Shown: positions 33,039 through 43,734 of the stretch, in pieces | Layout: the number at the start of each line of letters is the position of its first letter | Position numbering within the stretch: the first letter of the stretch is position 1 | IMG/VR virus record: IMGVR_UViG_3300009159_000056 | Coordinates: 1 to 64,000 of that record | Length of the DNA: 64,000 bases | Source of the DNA: a virus | Reading direction: 5' to 3' (one strand) | Notes under the pieces: model-generated | Told to the model about the DNA's origin: nothing | The model's input: the letters and a program-made list of their open reading frames with translations, nothing else | Databases searched by the model: none | Position numbers and translations under genes: made by a program

Positions 33039-35555
33039 TTACACCTGCAATGCTATTGCTCTCATATCTTTCGCTCTTGGAAAGACCGCTGTTCCTTCAG
33101 AAACAGGAACAATCTTAATAGCGAAAGATTTATATGAATCGAATATAGCGTATTTATTATTCATGTATCTAACGATATTACTGTTATCGCTGAACACAAA
33201 AGCTTGGCGCTTGTCGATAAGATCTGGAATCACGCCAAACGCTGCATTAGCAATATCAAATGGAGGGGTTTCTTCCAAACGAACCTTAGTAGTATCAGCA
33301 GCATTAATTCTGATTATTTTACCAGTAAAAAATTTAGTCGATTCGATATCTTTTAAATATATAATATCATTTTGATTAATTTGTTCTGAAGAACTGATAG
33401 TAATCCAATTACTTGTAGAATTACATGTGCAAGAATTAGCAAATAGTTCTACGCTTCTTGGTAAACCATATTCTAGTTCGAGGAAATCATCAACGTTCGC
33501 AGTACTACTTAACATTGAAGGTGATGATATTTCTACAAGTTTAGTCCAGTATTTGCTATCAAATTTTTGTACATCTTCTCTGTTTTGAAATCTTGCATAT
33601 ACTAAGAAATCTGTAGTTGCAGGACGGTAAGCAGTTAGGAAAACACGAATGTCTTCGGCGTCTTGACCTTCAGCAAGAACAACGTTCTTCGAAATATAAC
33701 GAGAAGTTCCTGTATAGTTTGCATTGTAATTTTCGCTAAAATAACTATATTCTTGTGCAATAGTATTGACAGAATAATCATCTGTTTTTAACAAATCATA
33801 ACTTGAATTGGCTGTAAAAAATCCTGTAACGTCAGTAATAACGATTAAATTCGGTGTTACGTTATCAACATATCCTCTTCCAGATACGTGGCCAGTACTA
33901 TCATTTTTCTGCATGATATAATCACCAATAGTAAATGGATTATCTTCCACTACCATTTTAAATCCATAAAGCTTTTCTTTTGGCACGATTTGATTAGAAG
34001 TAAACGTTGCCATTCTAGAAGCGCCGACGTCGATATATGGCGAAATTTTATTGTTTGACGTAGTCATTGCAGAATAAACTTGAATAGTAGTATCACCTTT
34101 TCTGCCAGGAGGTAATGCATTATACTCATTACTTCTTGACATTAGTGATCTTGGATAATCATACAATTCTTTTTCAACATTATTAGTAAGTGGGATAGGT
34201 TCAGAATCCATTGTTTTATTTGGACCACTAGCACCAACAAACGACCAAGAAGTATTAGTTTGTGGAGGCGCTATGTCAGCAAATTGAGGAACAATAGCGG
34301 TGTAAGAGCTATTATATACGCTAGTAACTTTAATAGATGCGCCGGAAACAAGACCAATAATATACTTTCCTCTAGAATTACTGAAATTTACAGTAGTATT
34401 AGAAGTAACGTTGTCTACGATAAATTTAACGACGTTTGGATTTATCGGATCATCTTCAATTTTTATCCCACCATATAGTAATTCTGCTCCACCCAGGCCA
34501 CCAGCTCCGCCTCTGATAGCTCCAAATAAACAGTTGCCGTCAGAAAATCTAGCATTCGCACGAATTCTTAAAGTAGTGCCATCAATTATTTCAGTTACTG
34601 TACCAACCTGTATAGTTGAACGATCATTTGCTCCAACAAAAATTAATTGGTTTGTTGCAGAAGAAAATGTATTAGTAAAAGGAACAGTAATAGTGTTCGA
34701 ACCTGCTGTAGTAATTACGCTGTCATAAACCGAGGTGATGACAGCGTTCGCATTAGAAACAAACCCCTTTACTTGATATGAAGTAACAAAGGTACCAACA
34801 CAATTTGTTAGTTTAAGATTAGTTTGATTAGCAGTCGCTATAACAGCTGTTGCAACATTACTACCAGTACTGTTAGCTTGAAATATTTTCTCACCAACAG
34901 TAAATGCTCCTGTATTAGAAGACATAATCAATCTAGCGAAACTGTAGTTGTTATTAGATACCACTACTCGTTCTCTAGGATAAAAACTACCGATTTTTTC
35001 TTTGCCCATTATATAATCTGATCTTTTTGATGTAAATGCTGCTACACCAGAAGTAGCTGTAAAATCAGCTCTGTATAATTTAAATTTTATATCTTCTGTT
35101 TGAACTGCAGTAAATTGAAGATCATTAGATGATAAGAATAAAGTACCAGTATCATTATTAGTTTTGATTGGGCTACCAGTCGTTACGTCGATAGCAGGTG
35201 CGTCTTTCGTGCCAATTATATCAGCTGTCCAAATAGTATAATCTGGGTTACCGCCGTCTGGTATAATTACAATTGCATATGAAGTACCAGAATGTAAAAA
35301 TAATGGAGCATTAAAAGGTACATATGTTGAAACAGAAGCGTCATCGCTAATTTTAACGTCGGCAGCAGCTAATTTAGTTCTACCAAGAGGAAGAACGTAT
35401 TTTGTTGGATTGCCATTATCTGTATCGCGAATTTCTACTGTAATACCTAAACTATCGCTTTTAGATGCAAAAAATAATTCAAGGCTGGTTAAATAAATGC
35501 CAGCAACACCGTTATCAGGTTCGTTAACATAAAATGTTTGTGCAATTGGTTTCAT
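33039..35555 (-). CDS. Large virion structural protein, C-terminal half of a DUF4815/VrlC-like family
   Basis: Starts KPIAQTF...GIYLTSLELFFASK; QTEDIKFKLYRADF; SRYISKNVVLAEGQDAEDIRVFL; ends KDMRAIAL. Confidence 0.75.
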   Translation of the reverse strand: MKPIAQTFYVNEPDNGVAGIYLTSLELFFASKSDSLGITVEIRDTDNGNPTKYVLPLGRTKLAAADVKISDDASVSTYVPFNAPLFLHSGTSYAIVIIPDGGNPDYTIWTADIIGTKDAPAIDVTTGSPIKTNNDTGTLFLSSNDLQFTAVQTEDIKFKLYRADFTATSGVAAFTSKRSDYIMGKEKIGSFYPRERVVVSNNNYSFARLIMSSNTGAFTVGEKIFQANSTGSNVATAVIATANQTNLKLTNCVGTFVTSYQVKGFVSNANAVITSVYDSVITTAGSNTITVPFTNTFSSATNQLIFVGANDRSTIQVGTVTEIIDGTTLRIRANARFSDGNCLFGAIRGGAGGLGGAELLYGGIKIEDDPINPNVVKFIVDNVTSNTTVNFSNSRGKYIIGLVSGASIKVTSVYNSSYTAIVPQFADIAPPQTNTSWSFVGASGPNKTMDSEPIPLTNNVEKELYDYPRSLMSRSNEYNALPPGRKGDTTIQVYSAMTTSNNKISPYIDVGASRMATFTSNQIVPKEKLYGFKMVVEDNPFTIGDYIMQKNDSTGHVSGRGYVDNVTPNLIVITDVTGFFTANSSYDLLKTDDYSVNTIAQEYSYFSENYNANYTGTSRYISKNVVLAEGQDAEDIRVFLTAYRPATTDFLVYARFQNREDVQKFDSKYWTKLVEISSPSMLSSTANVDDFLELEYGLPRSVELFANSCTCNSTSNWITISSSEQINQNDIIYLKDIESTKFFTGKIIRINAADTTKVRLEETPPFDIANAAFGVIPDLIDKRQAFVFSDNSNIVRYMNNKYAIFDSYKSFAIKIVPVSEGTAVFPRAKDMRAIALQV

Positions 35556-35580
35556 TTTTTTACCTTCTATGAATACTTTA

Positions 35581-35588
35581 TATTTATC
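35581..35588 (-). promoter_or_regulatory. Late-promoter variant GATAAATA upstream of 33039-35555
   Basis: tatttatc on + strand in the 33-nt intergenic gap. Confidence 0.5.
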
Positions 35589-38500
35589 TTATTCATCGCC
35601 ATCATCGTCATCATCATCATCATCATCATCATCTTCGCCCTCGCATGAGCAATCATCATCGTCACCATCATCATCTTCATCCCCATATGCACTTTCTATG
35701 CCGCCACCACTAGATTCCCATGCGCTTGCAGTATAGTCTGAAACATCTTTAGTTTCTGTTACTGTTGTAGGGGTTACTACTGTATTATTATTAACGACAC
35801 TAGTATTATTAACAACGTTAGTAACTGTAGTATGATTTTCTGTTATGTGATTAGTTATGTTATTAGTTATGTTATTGGTAACTCTGTTATCATTGAATAT
35901 GTTAATTACAGGTTCAATTTTTGGACCCTGCTCAACTTCTAATGTAACATTGTTATCTGTTGTAGTAGTTTTAATTTCTTTTTCATCATATACTTCATGG
36001 GAAGATAAAACAACATCTCTTGTACGTAGGGTTGCTTGTCCTTTACCAACAGAAAGTTTGCTAGCATAATATGTACCAATCGCTTGTGTAGTGATGTTAT
36101 TAAATTTAGTAGTTAAATTATCAACATCACAAAGCATAAAGGTCAATTCTTCTGCTTGGAACTGGCTAGGAGGAATCAGAAAATAACCATAGATAGTACC
36201 ATCATTACCAACCTTTAGAGGAGCGCCGCCACCAGCTATGTACTCTCTTGAACCGACAGTAAAATACAAATCTGTTAACATACACCAACCAGTAACGTCG
36301 ATGTTATTGAAATATGCATAAAGTCTAGCTCCAGGCTTCAATCCAGTAGCGCTAAATTTTATTCTTGCACTTTGGATGTAAGGCATTATACTTACATCTG
36401 TAACAAATTCTCCAAGTTTAATGTCAGTAGTTTTAGGAGCAGTAAGATCTAATATAGTGCCAGTTGTAGTTTGTTTAGTTGTAGTAGTGGTGGTAGTTTT
36501 TTGGTTAAACGTTTTATAAACATTACCTTGAGCGTCAGTTTGTCTACTAGTTTCTGTTTTATCGCCAACAGAAGGTGTAGATTTAGAAGAATTAGGAACA
36601 GTTTCCCAATTACCCCATTGAGTACCCCAAGCCTTCTTTAGATTAATCCAGTTCGAAGCTAAATCTAACGTATCACTAACAGTTGGAGTATCTTTTAATG
36701 ATGGCGATGTTTGATAATTTGGTGTTAAAGTTACACTAGATTTATAAACGAATATATTTCCTTCAACACAATTACGGACCTTGCTAGCATAATTTTGCGC
36801 AATCCATCCTACCTGTTTATAATTTAACATTACGTATGGTCCAACCTGGACAGTATTAACGCTTAATTCTGGATCGTAATCAAAAACTTCTTGTCTTTGT
36901 GCAAATCTTGGACGAAGCTCTCCTTTGGAAATACTAATATTATAATTTGGATCTAAAGTATCTCCAACATCATGTCCGTTAAATGGGTCAACAAGCATAC
37001 CGTTTTTAAAACGATTTAGACCTGTAGTATCATTTTTAACCAACATATTTGAAGTTGATTGTTCAAGAAGATTAAGCGATGTATAATATTCTAAGTTATC
37101 AATTCTCTGCGCCAACGTGCCAATTTCTTGCATCGTGTAGCGTTTATTTTGAGTAATCTTAGTAGTGATAGAATAATCATATCTATCAAGCAGTTTAGCT
37201 TGTCTTGGTGTCAAAGAAGGATATGGCGGTATAGTTATTATACCGAGAGCCATAGTTCCAGTAGGTTTAACTGGTGGAGAAGGTCTTGCATTTGATACGC
37301 CTTCAACTATTTTAAACTGACCTTTAATATCAATTACTGCAAGATCTTTTCTTGGTAGATAATGCACAACGTCTGCTGACCAATTTGAATCAGGAGAAGG
37401 CAGATAAGAGCCAGCTGGAAGAATATCTAATCCAACGTTGACAGGGTTTACAGATGCGCTAGCTTCATTTTGAGTAACAGTAGAAACATTTTGAACGAAA
37501 GGACGGAAGTCTACGCAGTCTCTAAGATCATAAGTTATGTTTTTTCTAGATACTACTTTTGGAATTTCTGCAGTAGTAATAGCTGTAGTGTTTGCAAGAT
37601 TAACATCATCAATAGGATATGAATTGGCAGTGAAGAATCCAACGCCTTGTGATCTATCATGAGTAAATAAGTTTAAATCAATTAACATAGTTGATTTAGC
37701 TGACAATACTCCTGTTGAGCCTGTCTTCAATCTTATGTAACTATAACCATATACATTTTCTGATTGATTGTCTTCAAAAATAAATCCGCTTGATGAATCA
37801 GGAGCATTAGTAGAATTAGCGTATGTGTCTTCGACATTAGAAATATAAATGCCATTAATTTTTTGTACGTCGCCAAGACCTAATGACCATGTTGGGAAAA
37901 TAGCGCCATTACCATTAGGATGCGTTTTGCAATTAATCTTAACGAATGCATTTTTGACAATATTTTTCTTAATCGAAATAGCATTAGTTCTTTTAATATC
38001 GTGGTAAATTGCAGTTGATAAAGTAGTTAATAATGTGTCACCTAGAGTATAGGTAGCAGTGCTACCAGAAATACTAATTGATCTGTTAGGCTGAGTAAAA
38101 TCAATTGGAATGCCAGATATAAATGCTTTGTAGTGAGCGTTCGCACTAACACTGGTTTCAAGACCAGTTTTTAATGTTATTTGGCTGGCGCTATCAACAC
38201 TAGCAATTTCATAATATTCGCCATTAATACGGATCATATCACCAGATCTGTATTCAGTATCGAAATGAGGTGAGCTAGTTGCAGTTATTGTTGTAGCGCC
38301 ACTACTAGCAGTAATATTACCTGATTTTACTGTAGAAACAGCATTTGCTGTTGGTATTACGACGAATGATTCTGCTTCTGCTCTAGAAATTGGATCGCCT
38401 GAAACATTAAATTGTTCTGCACCAGAGCCATCTACTGGACTTGGCAAATTAGAAGTCATAATGCCAGTAGTTTGAATAGAAGATGTTGCTTTATTTCTAT

Positions 38501-40079
38501 AAACATAAGATGCAGCGGTAATACCGTCTGGTTTAACAGCCGACTGACCCATTGGGAAAATCAAAGTATTCAACATTGGTTCTTGGACACTAGAAATATC
38601 TGCATCAAGAGTAGCATTTTTAGTTGGGATAATGTCTGCAACAGCTCTTACTGCGCCATTATAACGTATGATGCTTTTAACATTAGCAAAATTTTGACCA
38701 TTATCCATAATGATACCAGTCAAGTATAATCTATATACAGCGTCTGCTGTACCAATTATACCAGATTCATATGCTACGCCTTTTACGATAGCTTCACCAA
38801 TTTTAGCTGTACCGTGAGCTACACCGAGATATTCGCGCCCGCTAACAGCTGTCTTATAAGCATTACCATGAAGTTCAACTGTAGCGATATTTTCTGAATC
38901 GAAATCGCCACAAAATTCTTTAACGTAAACATAATTACCATAGTTTGCGCTAAGTGTTTGTTGTGAAATAAGCTCTGTATCAGTGCCTTTTCTTAGATTA
39001 ATTCTATTATTGTTAACATACTCAACTCTATAACCTTCTACGTAACCAATACCTCTTGATGATAGAAGGTTTACGTAATCATGATAGTTAACATCGTCTG
39101 CATTTTTTGCACTGGTAGAAAGCAAAAATGGTGAAACAATATAATTACCATTAGTTTCATATGTTCTTTTAGCTAACTGTTTACCAAGAGCGGCATATTC
39201 GGCTGTATCCTTGATACTTACAGGAACGCCATCTTTAAAATCTACAAGAGAGAAAAATGAAGTATTACTAGTAGCTTCAGTAGTAACAGCTGTATAAAGA
39301 GTTGGAATTAATTGCAAGCGGTGAGCGCCTGGTGCAGCATAGTTAGGTGCGCCAGCGGCATTATCTAACAATGAAGTATCAGCTTCTGGAGTAACAATAT
39401 TTTCAATACTATTAAAACCAATTGAAATATTGTTTGGAGAATTGCTATATTTTGATACAATTAATGTTTGTGGTCTTACATTAACGAAGAAACCTTTTTG
39501 GAAAATTACACCCTGTGTAGTTGTGAAGGCGTACCCCTTACCGGTAGACGCTATAACAGTTGCAACAGTAATGTTACCTACAATTGAAGTGGTATTTGCA
39601 GGATCTGTATTGCCCGATAGTACAAGTACTTCATTATTAGAAAATATATTTTGGATACTTCCGTTAGGGAAAGTACCAACGTTATTGTATTTGATGTAAA
39701 TGGTATTAAGGTCTGGGTCTCTAGCAGAAAATCCTGATGCAGTATTAACGATGATAGCTGTTAGGCCATTAGTATTATAAACATATCTACTTTGAAAGTC
39801 AGATATGTTAGCGATAGCTGTACCATTAGAATATGCATCATTAATTTTTACATAATCATAGTTTTTATCGAAAGTAAAAGAACAACCTTCAATTACCGAA
39901 CCTTCTGTGAAAATATGACGACCAAATTTATCAATTTGGTCTTGCAAAATAGTTTGCATCTGATTAAGTTCACGAGTTTGTACGGCTGTTCCTGGTCTGT
40001 AAAGAACTCTATAAAAGTTCTTATCGACAGCAAAATCATCATAATAAGGACTACGTGATAAGTCTGTTTGTAATGCCAT
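35589..40079 (-). CDS. Large virion structural protein, N-terminal half of a DUF4815/VrlC-like family
   Basis: SPYYDDF...RVLYRPGTAVQTRELNQMQTILQ, APGAHRLQ, RYTMQEIG..RIDNLEYYTSLNLLE, RFKNGMLVDPF. Confidence 0.85.
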   Translation of the reverse strand: MALQTDLSRSPYYDDFAVDKNFYRVLYRPGTAVQTRELNQMQTILQDQIDKFGRHIFTEGSVIEGCSFTFDKNYDYVKINDAYSNGTAIANISDFQSRYVYNTNGLTAIIVNTASGFSARDPDLNTIYIKYNNVGTFPNGSIQNIFSNNEVLVLSGNTDPANTTSIVGNITVATVIASTGKGYAFTTTQGVIFQKGFFVNVRPQTLIVSKYSNSPNNISIGFNSIENIVTPEADTSLLDNAAGAPNYAAPGAHRLQLIPTLYTAVTTEATSNTSFFSLVDFKDGVPVSIKDTAEYAALGKQLAKRTYETNGNYIVSPFLLSTSAKNADDVNYHDYVNLLSSRGIGYVEGYRVEYVNNNRINLRKGTDTELISQQTLSANYGNYVYVKEFCGDFDSENIATVELHGNAYKTAVSGREYLGVAHGTAKIGEAIVKGVAYESGIIGTADAVYRLYLTGIIMDNGQNFANVKSIIRYNGAVRAVADIIPTKNATLDADISSVQEPMLNTLIFPMGQSAVKPDGITAASYVYRNKATSSIQTTGIMTSNLPSPVDGSGAEQFNVSGDPISRAEAESFVVIPTANAVSTVKSGNITASSGATTITATSSPHFDTEYRSGDMIRINGEYYEIASVDSASQITLKTGLETSVSANAHYKAFISGIPIDFTQPNRSISISGSTATYTLGDTLLTTLSTAIYHDIKRTNAISIKKNIVKNAFVKINCKTHPNGNGAIFPTWSLGLGDVQKINGIYISNVEDTYANSTNAPDSSSGFIFEDNQSENVYGYSYIRLKTGSTGVLSAKSTMLIDLNLFTHDRSQGVGFFTANSYPIDDVNLANTTAITTAEIPKVVSRKNITYDLRDCVDFRPFVQNVSTVTQNEASASVNPVNVGLDILPAGSYLPSPDSNWSADVVHYLPRKDLAVIDIKGQFKIVEGVSNARPSPPVKPTGTMALGIITIPPYPSLTPRQAKLLDRYDYSITTKITQNKRYTMQEIGTLAQRIDNLEYYTSLNLLEQSTSNMLVKNDTTGLNRFKNGMLVDPFNGHDVGDTLDPNYNISISKGELRPRFAQRQEVFDYDPELSVNTVQVGPYVMLNYKQVGWIAQNYASKVRNCVEGNIFVYKSSVTLTPNYQTSPSLKDTPTVSDTLDLASNWINLKKAWGTQWGNWETVPNSSKSTPSVGDKTETSRQTDAQGNVYKTFNQKTTTTTTTKQTTTGTILDLTAPKTTDIKLGEFVTDVSIMPYIQSARIKFSATGLKPGARLYAYFNNIDVTGWCMLTDLYFTVGSREYIAGGGAPLKVGNDGTIYGYFLIPPSQFQAEELTFMLCDVDNLTTKFNNITTQAIGTYYASKLSVGKGQATLRTRDVVLSSHEVYDEKEIKTTTTDNNVTLEVEQGPKIEPVINIFNDNRVTNNITNNITNHITENHTTVTNVVNNTSVVNNNTVVTPTTVTETKDVSDYTASAWESSGGGIESAYGDEDDDGDDDDCSCEGEDDDDDDDDDDDGDE

Positions 40080-40087
40080 ATTTTCCT

Positions 40088-43000
40088 CTAAAACTTAATA
40101 ATCAAATTAATTTTTTCTTTAGACGTGCTAGATTTAGTTATAGGAGCTATATTTTCGAAATAAACTATCGATCCACTATCTCTTACTAACTCAGGATAAA
40201 TGATGGTAGAAGCTACTTGATTTCTACCAACTGCGCCACTTTGATCGCCAACAATTATATAAGTTCCTTGCTGGAATCTATTACCTTTAACATCGTTTAA
40301 AATTAGAACAGGATATACATTAGTAATAGTAGCAGCGATATCTACATTATTTAGTATTGTGTGACCAGCCACGAAACTACCATTTTTCGCTGTTACTCTT
40401 AAATATGTAGTATTAGCATATGTTACAAGACCTGTAGCGCCAGTAGTTTCATCAGTTATTTCATTACCGATATTAAATGAGCCGCCTTCATCAATATTTT
40501 CATATACAATATCGATATCTTGGTCGGTATTAAATACGTAACCAGAAGCTTGAACGATATCCTGCGTAACTCTTTCGCCTACTACATAAGAACCAGTATT
40601 AGATGTTAAAGTTAAACGTGCAACCTGAGAAAATTTTCTGCCGAAACTAGAACTAGATTCGATAGTGTTATTTACTGTGTAGATGGCTGTAACATCTGCA
40701 TAAGCATTGATAGCGGCGTCATACACCACATCATTGATGTCAAATCGACCAGAAACATCAGTAAGTTTCAGTACAGTGTTATTAGCTTCTATTACATGAC
40801 CATAAGCATTGGAAGTAATTTCAGAAACAATTTCTACGTCAGATGCAATAAAATTAGCTACATTGGCAACTATAACGTTAGCTGTAGTACCAGTAGATAA
40901 ACCTATAATGTCATCAGCGCCAATATCTTCAACGAAATTACCTACAGTGTTTTTAAGATGAAGGAAAGTGCTGTTAGCAAATTCGATAATGCCAGCGGCG
41001 GAAGAATTTGATTGTACACAATATTCTCCAACTTCAAATCCAGGTCCATCAATATTTTCATATGTCAAATCAATGCGAGTGTAATTTTCGATATGTACTG
41101 ACACATCTTCAAACAATGGATTTTCGATAATACCGACTTTACGGTAGCTACCGAATACTGGGAATTTATAGCCTTCGTTTTCGCCCGTGTCAATAGTCAT
41201 TGAAATACCAGCGTAACGAGCGCCTAATTCTTTATATGGATTATAACCATGACCAGATAACGGAGAAATAACAGGCTCAGCTAAAGCTCCATAACCAAAA
41301 ATATTATTAGAAGTTATGCTGATGTTAGCGTAAGTATAATTGTTACCAGGATTTAAAACAACAACGGATGTAACATCATTAGCCGAACCAAAGGTAGAGT
41401 TAACTACAGAATACGCAAGAGCACCTTCGCCATCACCAGTAATAGTAACAGCTGGTGAAATTATATATTCCGTTAGTTCGTTAGGGATACGATAAGAAGC
41501 AATCAAATCTGCATTGGCAACTTCAACTAATTCTGGTAATGTTTTTACTGATATTCTTTGACCAGAAATAAATCTACCTTCAGGCGATTCTAATGTTATA
41601 TTCGGGAAAGAAATTTGAGTATCGATATGAGCTTTTTGCAAGCTAGAAACGCCACGGATAAAATTATTTGGACCTGTTTCAAACGTACCAATAACTGCTG
41701 ATAAAATAATAGTGCTGGTATTACAGAAAGAAATAATACCATTTGCAGTTTGTTTAACATCGTTTTCGCCGACCATGTCAACTCTTTCACCTATAGTGAA
41801 TAGCAAACTGTTTATCGAAGAATTGCTGTAAGTTAAAGTAACGCTAGTTAAGTTGGTATTAGAAATTATGCCATTAGCTAATGTATATGCTGCAGAAGTT
41901 GGCATGGCAGCATATGGCACAGAGTAAATACTGTTAGATGTAGCGTTTGTAGCTAATGGATAATTAACAGTAATTACACTGCTGTTAACTGCCAACACAC
42001 GACGAATATTTTTAGTAGTGTCAACACCGACTCTTAGATAATCACCAACAGCAAATTCAGAAACGAATGATGGTGGAGTAGTACTGTTAGCTGTTATTAC
42101 GTAAGTTAAAATAGATACATTTGCAGTAGCTGTTTCGCCAGTAAATGAATGTCCAGATTCTGTTAAACCTTTAGTAAGAGATATTGGAGTACCACCACCG
42201 GAAGTAGATATTTTAAATCCTGAGCTATTGGCAGATACAACAAAATAATAGTTCCCGCTCGCGAGTCCCGCCAGAGCAGTATTACCAGAAGCTACAAGGT
42301 ATTTTACTGTATCGTCGTTAGCGAAAAGAGAACTATTAGACCCAAGGCTAATGAAATTACTTACTGAGTTAACAGAACTGTTAGAGTTAAAATATATTGG
42401 AGCTGGTGGATTGATAGCAATTACTGGATCTAATACATAACCACTACCGCTATTAGCGATGTTAATCGCACTGATTCTGCCTGTTGAATTAGATTGCGCA
42501 TTTGCTACAGCGCCAGCGCCAACACCAGCAATTTCATCCGGATTGATAGTTATAGTTGCAATAGAATTAGCATTGTAACCAGATCCAGGATTAATTACTA
42601 CACCTGATCTTACAACATTAGTTTTAATATCTACTCTACCCGTTTTTAATACTGCACTTTGAACAGTATTGTAAAACGGTAGATTAGCTACGAAATCAGA
42701 AGTACTTGATTTTACAGTTTTAAGTTGAGTAACATTGGCGCTAATAATTTTCCCAGTCGCAACAGTATCTGACTGTATTATGGTTTCGCCGATATTGAAA
42801 AACCCTTTTTGATAAAGGTACGATAGTGTATCAATTCTTTGAGTTACTAGTAACCCAGTATTAAAACCAGCTTCTGTTCCGTCGAAATTAGTTAAATTTA
42901 ATACTACTGAAGTTTCAAATGGTTCTGGTACAGTAACAAGTCTGTTTGGACCGTTATAGTTAATGATATTTCTTATTTGCCCGCTACCGAATCCTGATTT

Positions 43001-43708
43001 TAAATAGATAGCAGAGTTTACATATCTACCGGTAATTGGCGATGCAGTATTAGCAATTTGAATGATATAATTACTTTGGAAATTTTGCAGATAACCTGTA
43101 TGCCATGCCTGATAGTTGTTGCCAGTATTTGAAACTTTAATAAAGTCAATTGAACCAGGAACAGCATTATCGATAACAGAACTATTTGGTGATACAGGTA
43201 TATAATATGTTGAAGTAAATTTAACATTATCGTCTGAATCTAAAGTATACATATACTTCCAAACATAACCATCAGAAGTAGAAAATACTCCACTAGTAAT
43301 ATTCAGTGATGGTTTTACAGTAGATTCAGCGCCATTATTGTTGTCGATACATTTATATACTTCATTCGAATTGTTCATTACATAAAATTGTTTATCGTAT
43401 AAAGCTTCGTCTGTTTGACTATACGAAGAATAAACTGTTCCAGATTCCCAATCATATCTTGGAATCATGTAAGTGATATCATTCGGAGTAATTAGCTTAC
43501 CGAATACTAAATCTTTATAGATACTTTGTTCATATGAAAAAATCGAAGGCGCAGCGGTAGGGACAGCTGTGTCATCAGGTGCACCATCAGCATTTACCCA
43601 AGAATTAACCTTACCGAAAAAAAGATAATATGAATTACGCGAATTCTCTACGTTGTTAACGAAAGAATCGATAGTATCGATATACTGATTTATTGTTAAA
43701 ACTGCCAT
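40088..43708 (-). CDS. gp8: Baseplate wedge subunit gp8, greatly expanded by inserted repeat domains
   Basis: IPRYDWESGTVY, FYVMN...VYKCIDNN, DGYVWKYMY, ISPLSGHG..PYKELGA, SGSIVYFEN..PI...EKINLIIKF. Confidence 0.85.
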   Translation of the reverse strand: MAVLTINQYIDTIDSFVNNVENSRNSYYLFFGKVNSWVNADGAPDDTAVPTAAPSIFSYEQSIYKDLVFGKLITPNDITYMIPRYDWESGTVYSSYSQTDEALYDKQFYVMNNSNEVYKCIDNNNGAESTVKPSLNITSGVFSTSDGYVWKYMYTLDSDDNVKFTSTYYIPVSPNSSVIDNAVPGSIDFIKVSNTGNNYQAWHTGYLQNFQSNYIIQIANTASPITGRYVNSAIYLKSGFGSGQIRNIINYNGPNRLVTVPEPFETSVVLNLTNFDGTEAGFNTGLLVTQRIDTLSYLYQKGFFNIGETIIQSDTVATGKIISANVTQLKTVKSSTSDFVANLPFYNTVQSAVLKTGRVDIKTNVVRSGVVINPGSGYNANSIATITINPDEIAGVGAGAVANAQSNSTGRISAINIANSGSGYVLDPVIAINPPAPIYFNSNSSVNSVSNFISLGSNSSLFANDDTVKYLVASGNTALAGLASGNYYFVVSANSSGFKISTSGGGTPISLTKGLTESGHSFTGETATANVSILTYVITANSTTPPSFVSEFAVGDYLRVGVDTTKNIRRVLAVNSSVITVNYPLATNATSNSIYSVPYAAMPTSAAYTLANGIISNTNLTSVTLTYSNSSINSLLFTIGERVDMVGENDVKQTANGIISFCNTSTIILSAVIGTFETGPNNFIRGVSSLQKAHIDTQISFPNITLESPEGRFISGQRISVKTLPELVEVANADLIASYRIPNELTEYIISPAVTITGDGEGALAYSVVNSTFGSANDVTSVVVLNPGNNYTYANISITSNNIFGYGALAEPVISPLSGHGYNPYKELGARYAGISMTIDTGENEGYKFPVFGSYRKVGIIENPLFEDVSVHIENYTRIDLTYENIDGPGFEVGEYCVQSNSSAAGIIEFANSTFLHLKNTVGNFVEDIGADDIIGLSTGTTANVIVANVANFIASDVEIVSEITSNAYGHVIEANNTVLKLTDVSGRFDINDVVYDAAINAYADVTAIYTVNNTIESSSSFGRKFSQVARLTLTSNTGSYVVGERVTQDIVQASGYVFNTDQDIDIVYENIDEGGSFNIGNEITDETTGATGLVTYANTTYLRVTAKNGSFVAGHTILNNVDIAATITNVYPVLILNDVKGNRFQQGTYIIVGDQSGAVGRNQVASTIIYPELVRDSGSIVYFENIAPITKSSTSKEKINLIIKF

Positions 43709-43734
43709 TCTTTAATCCAATGTATTTTATCTAT

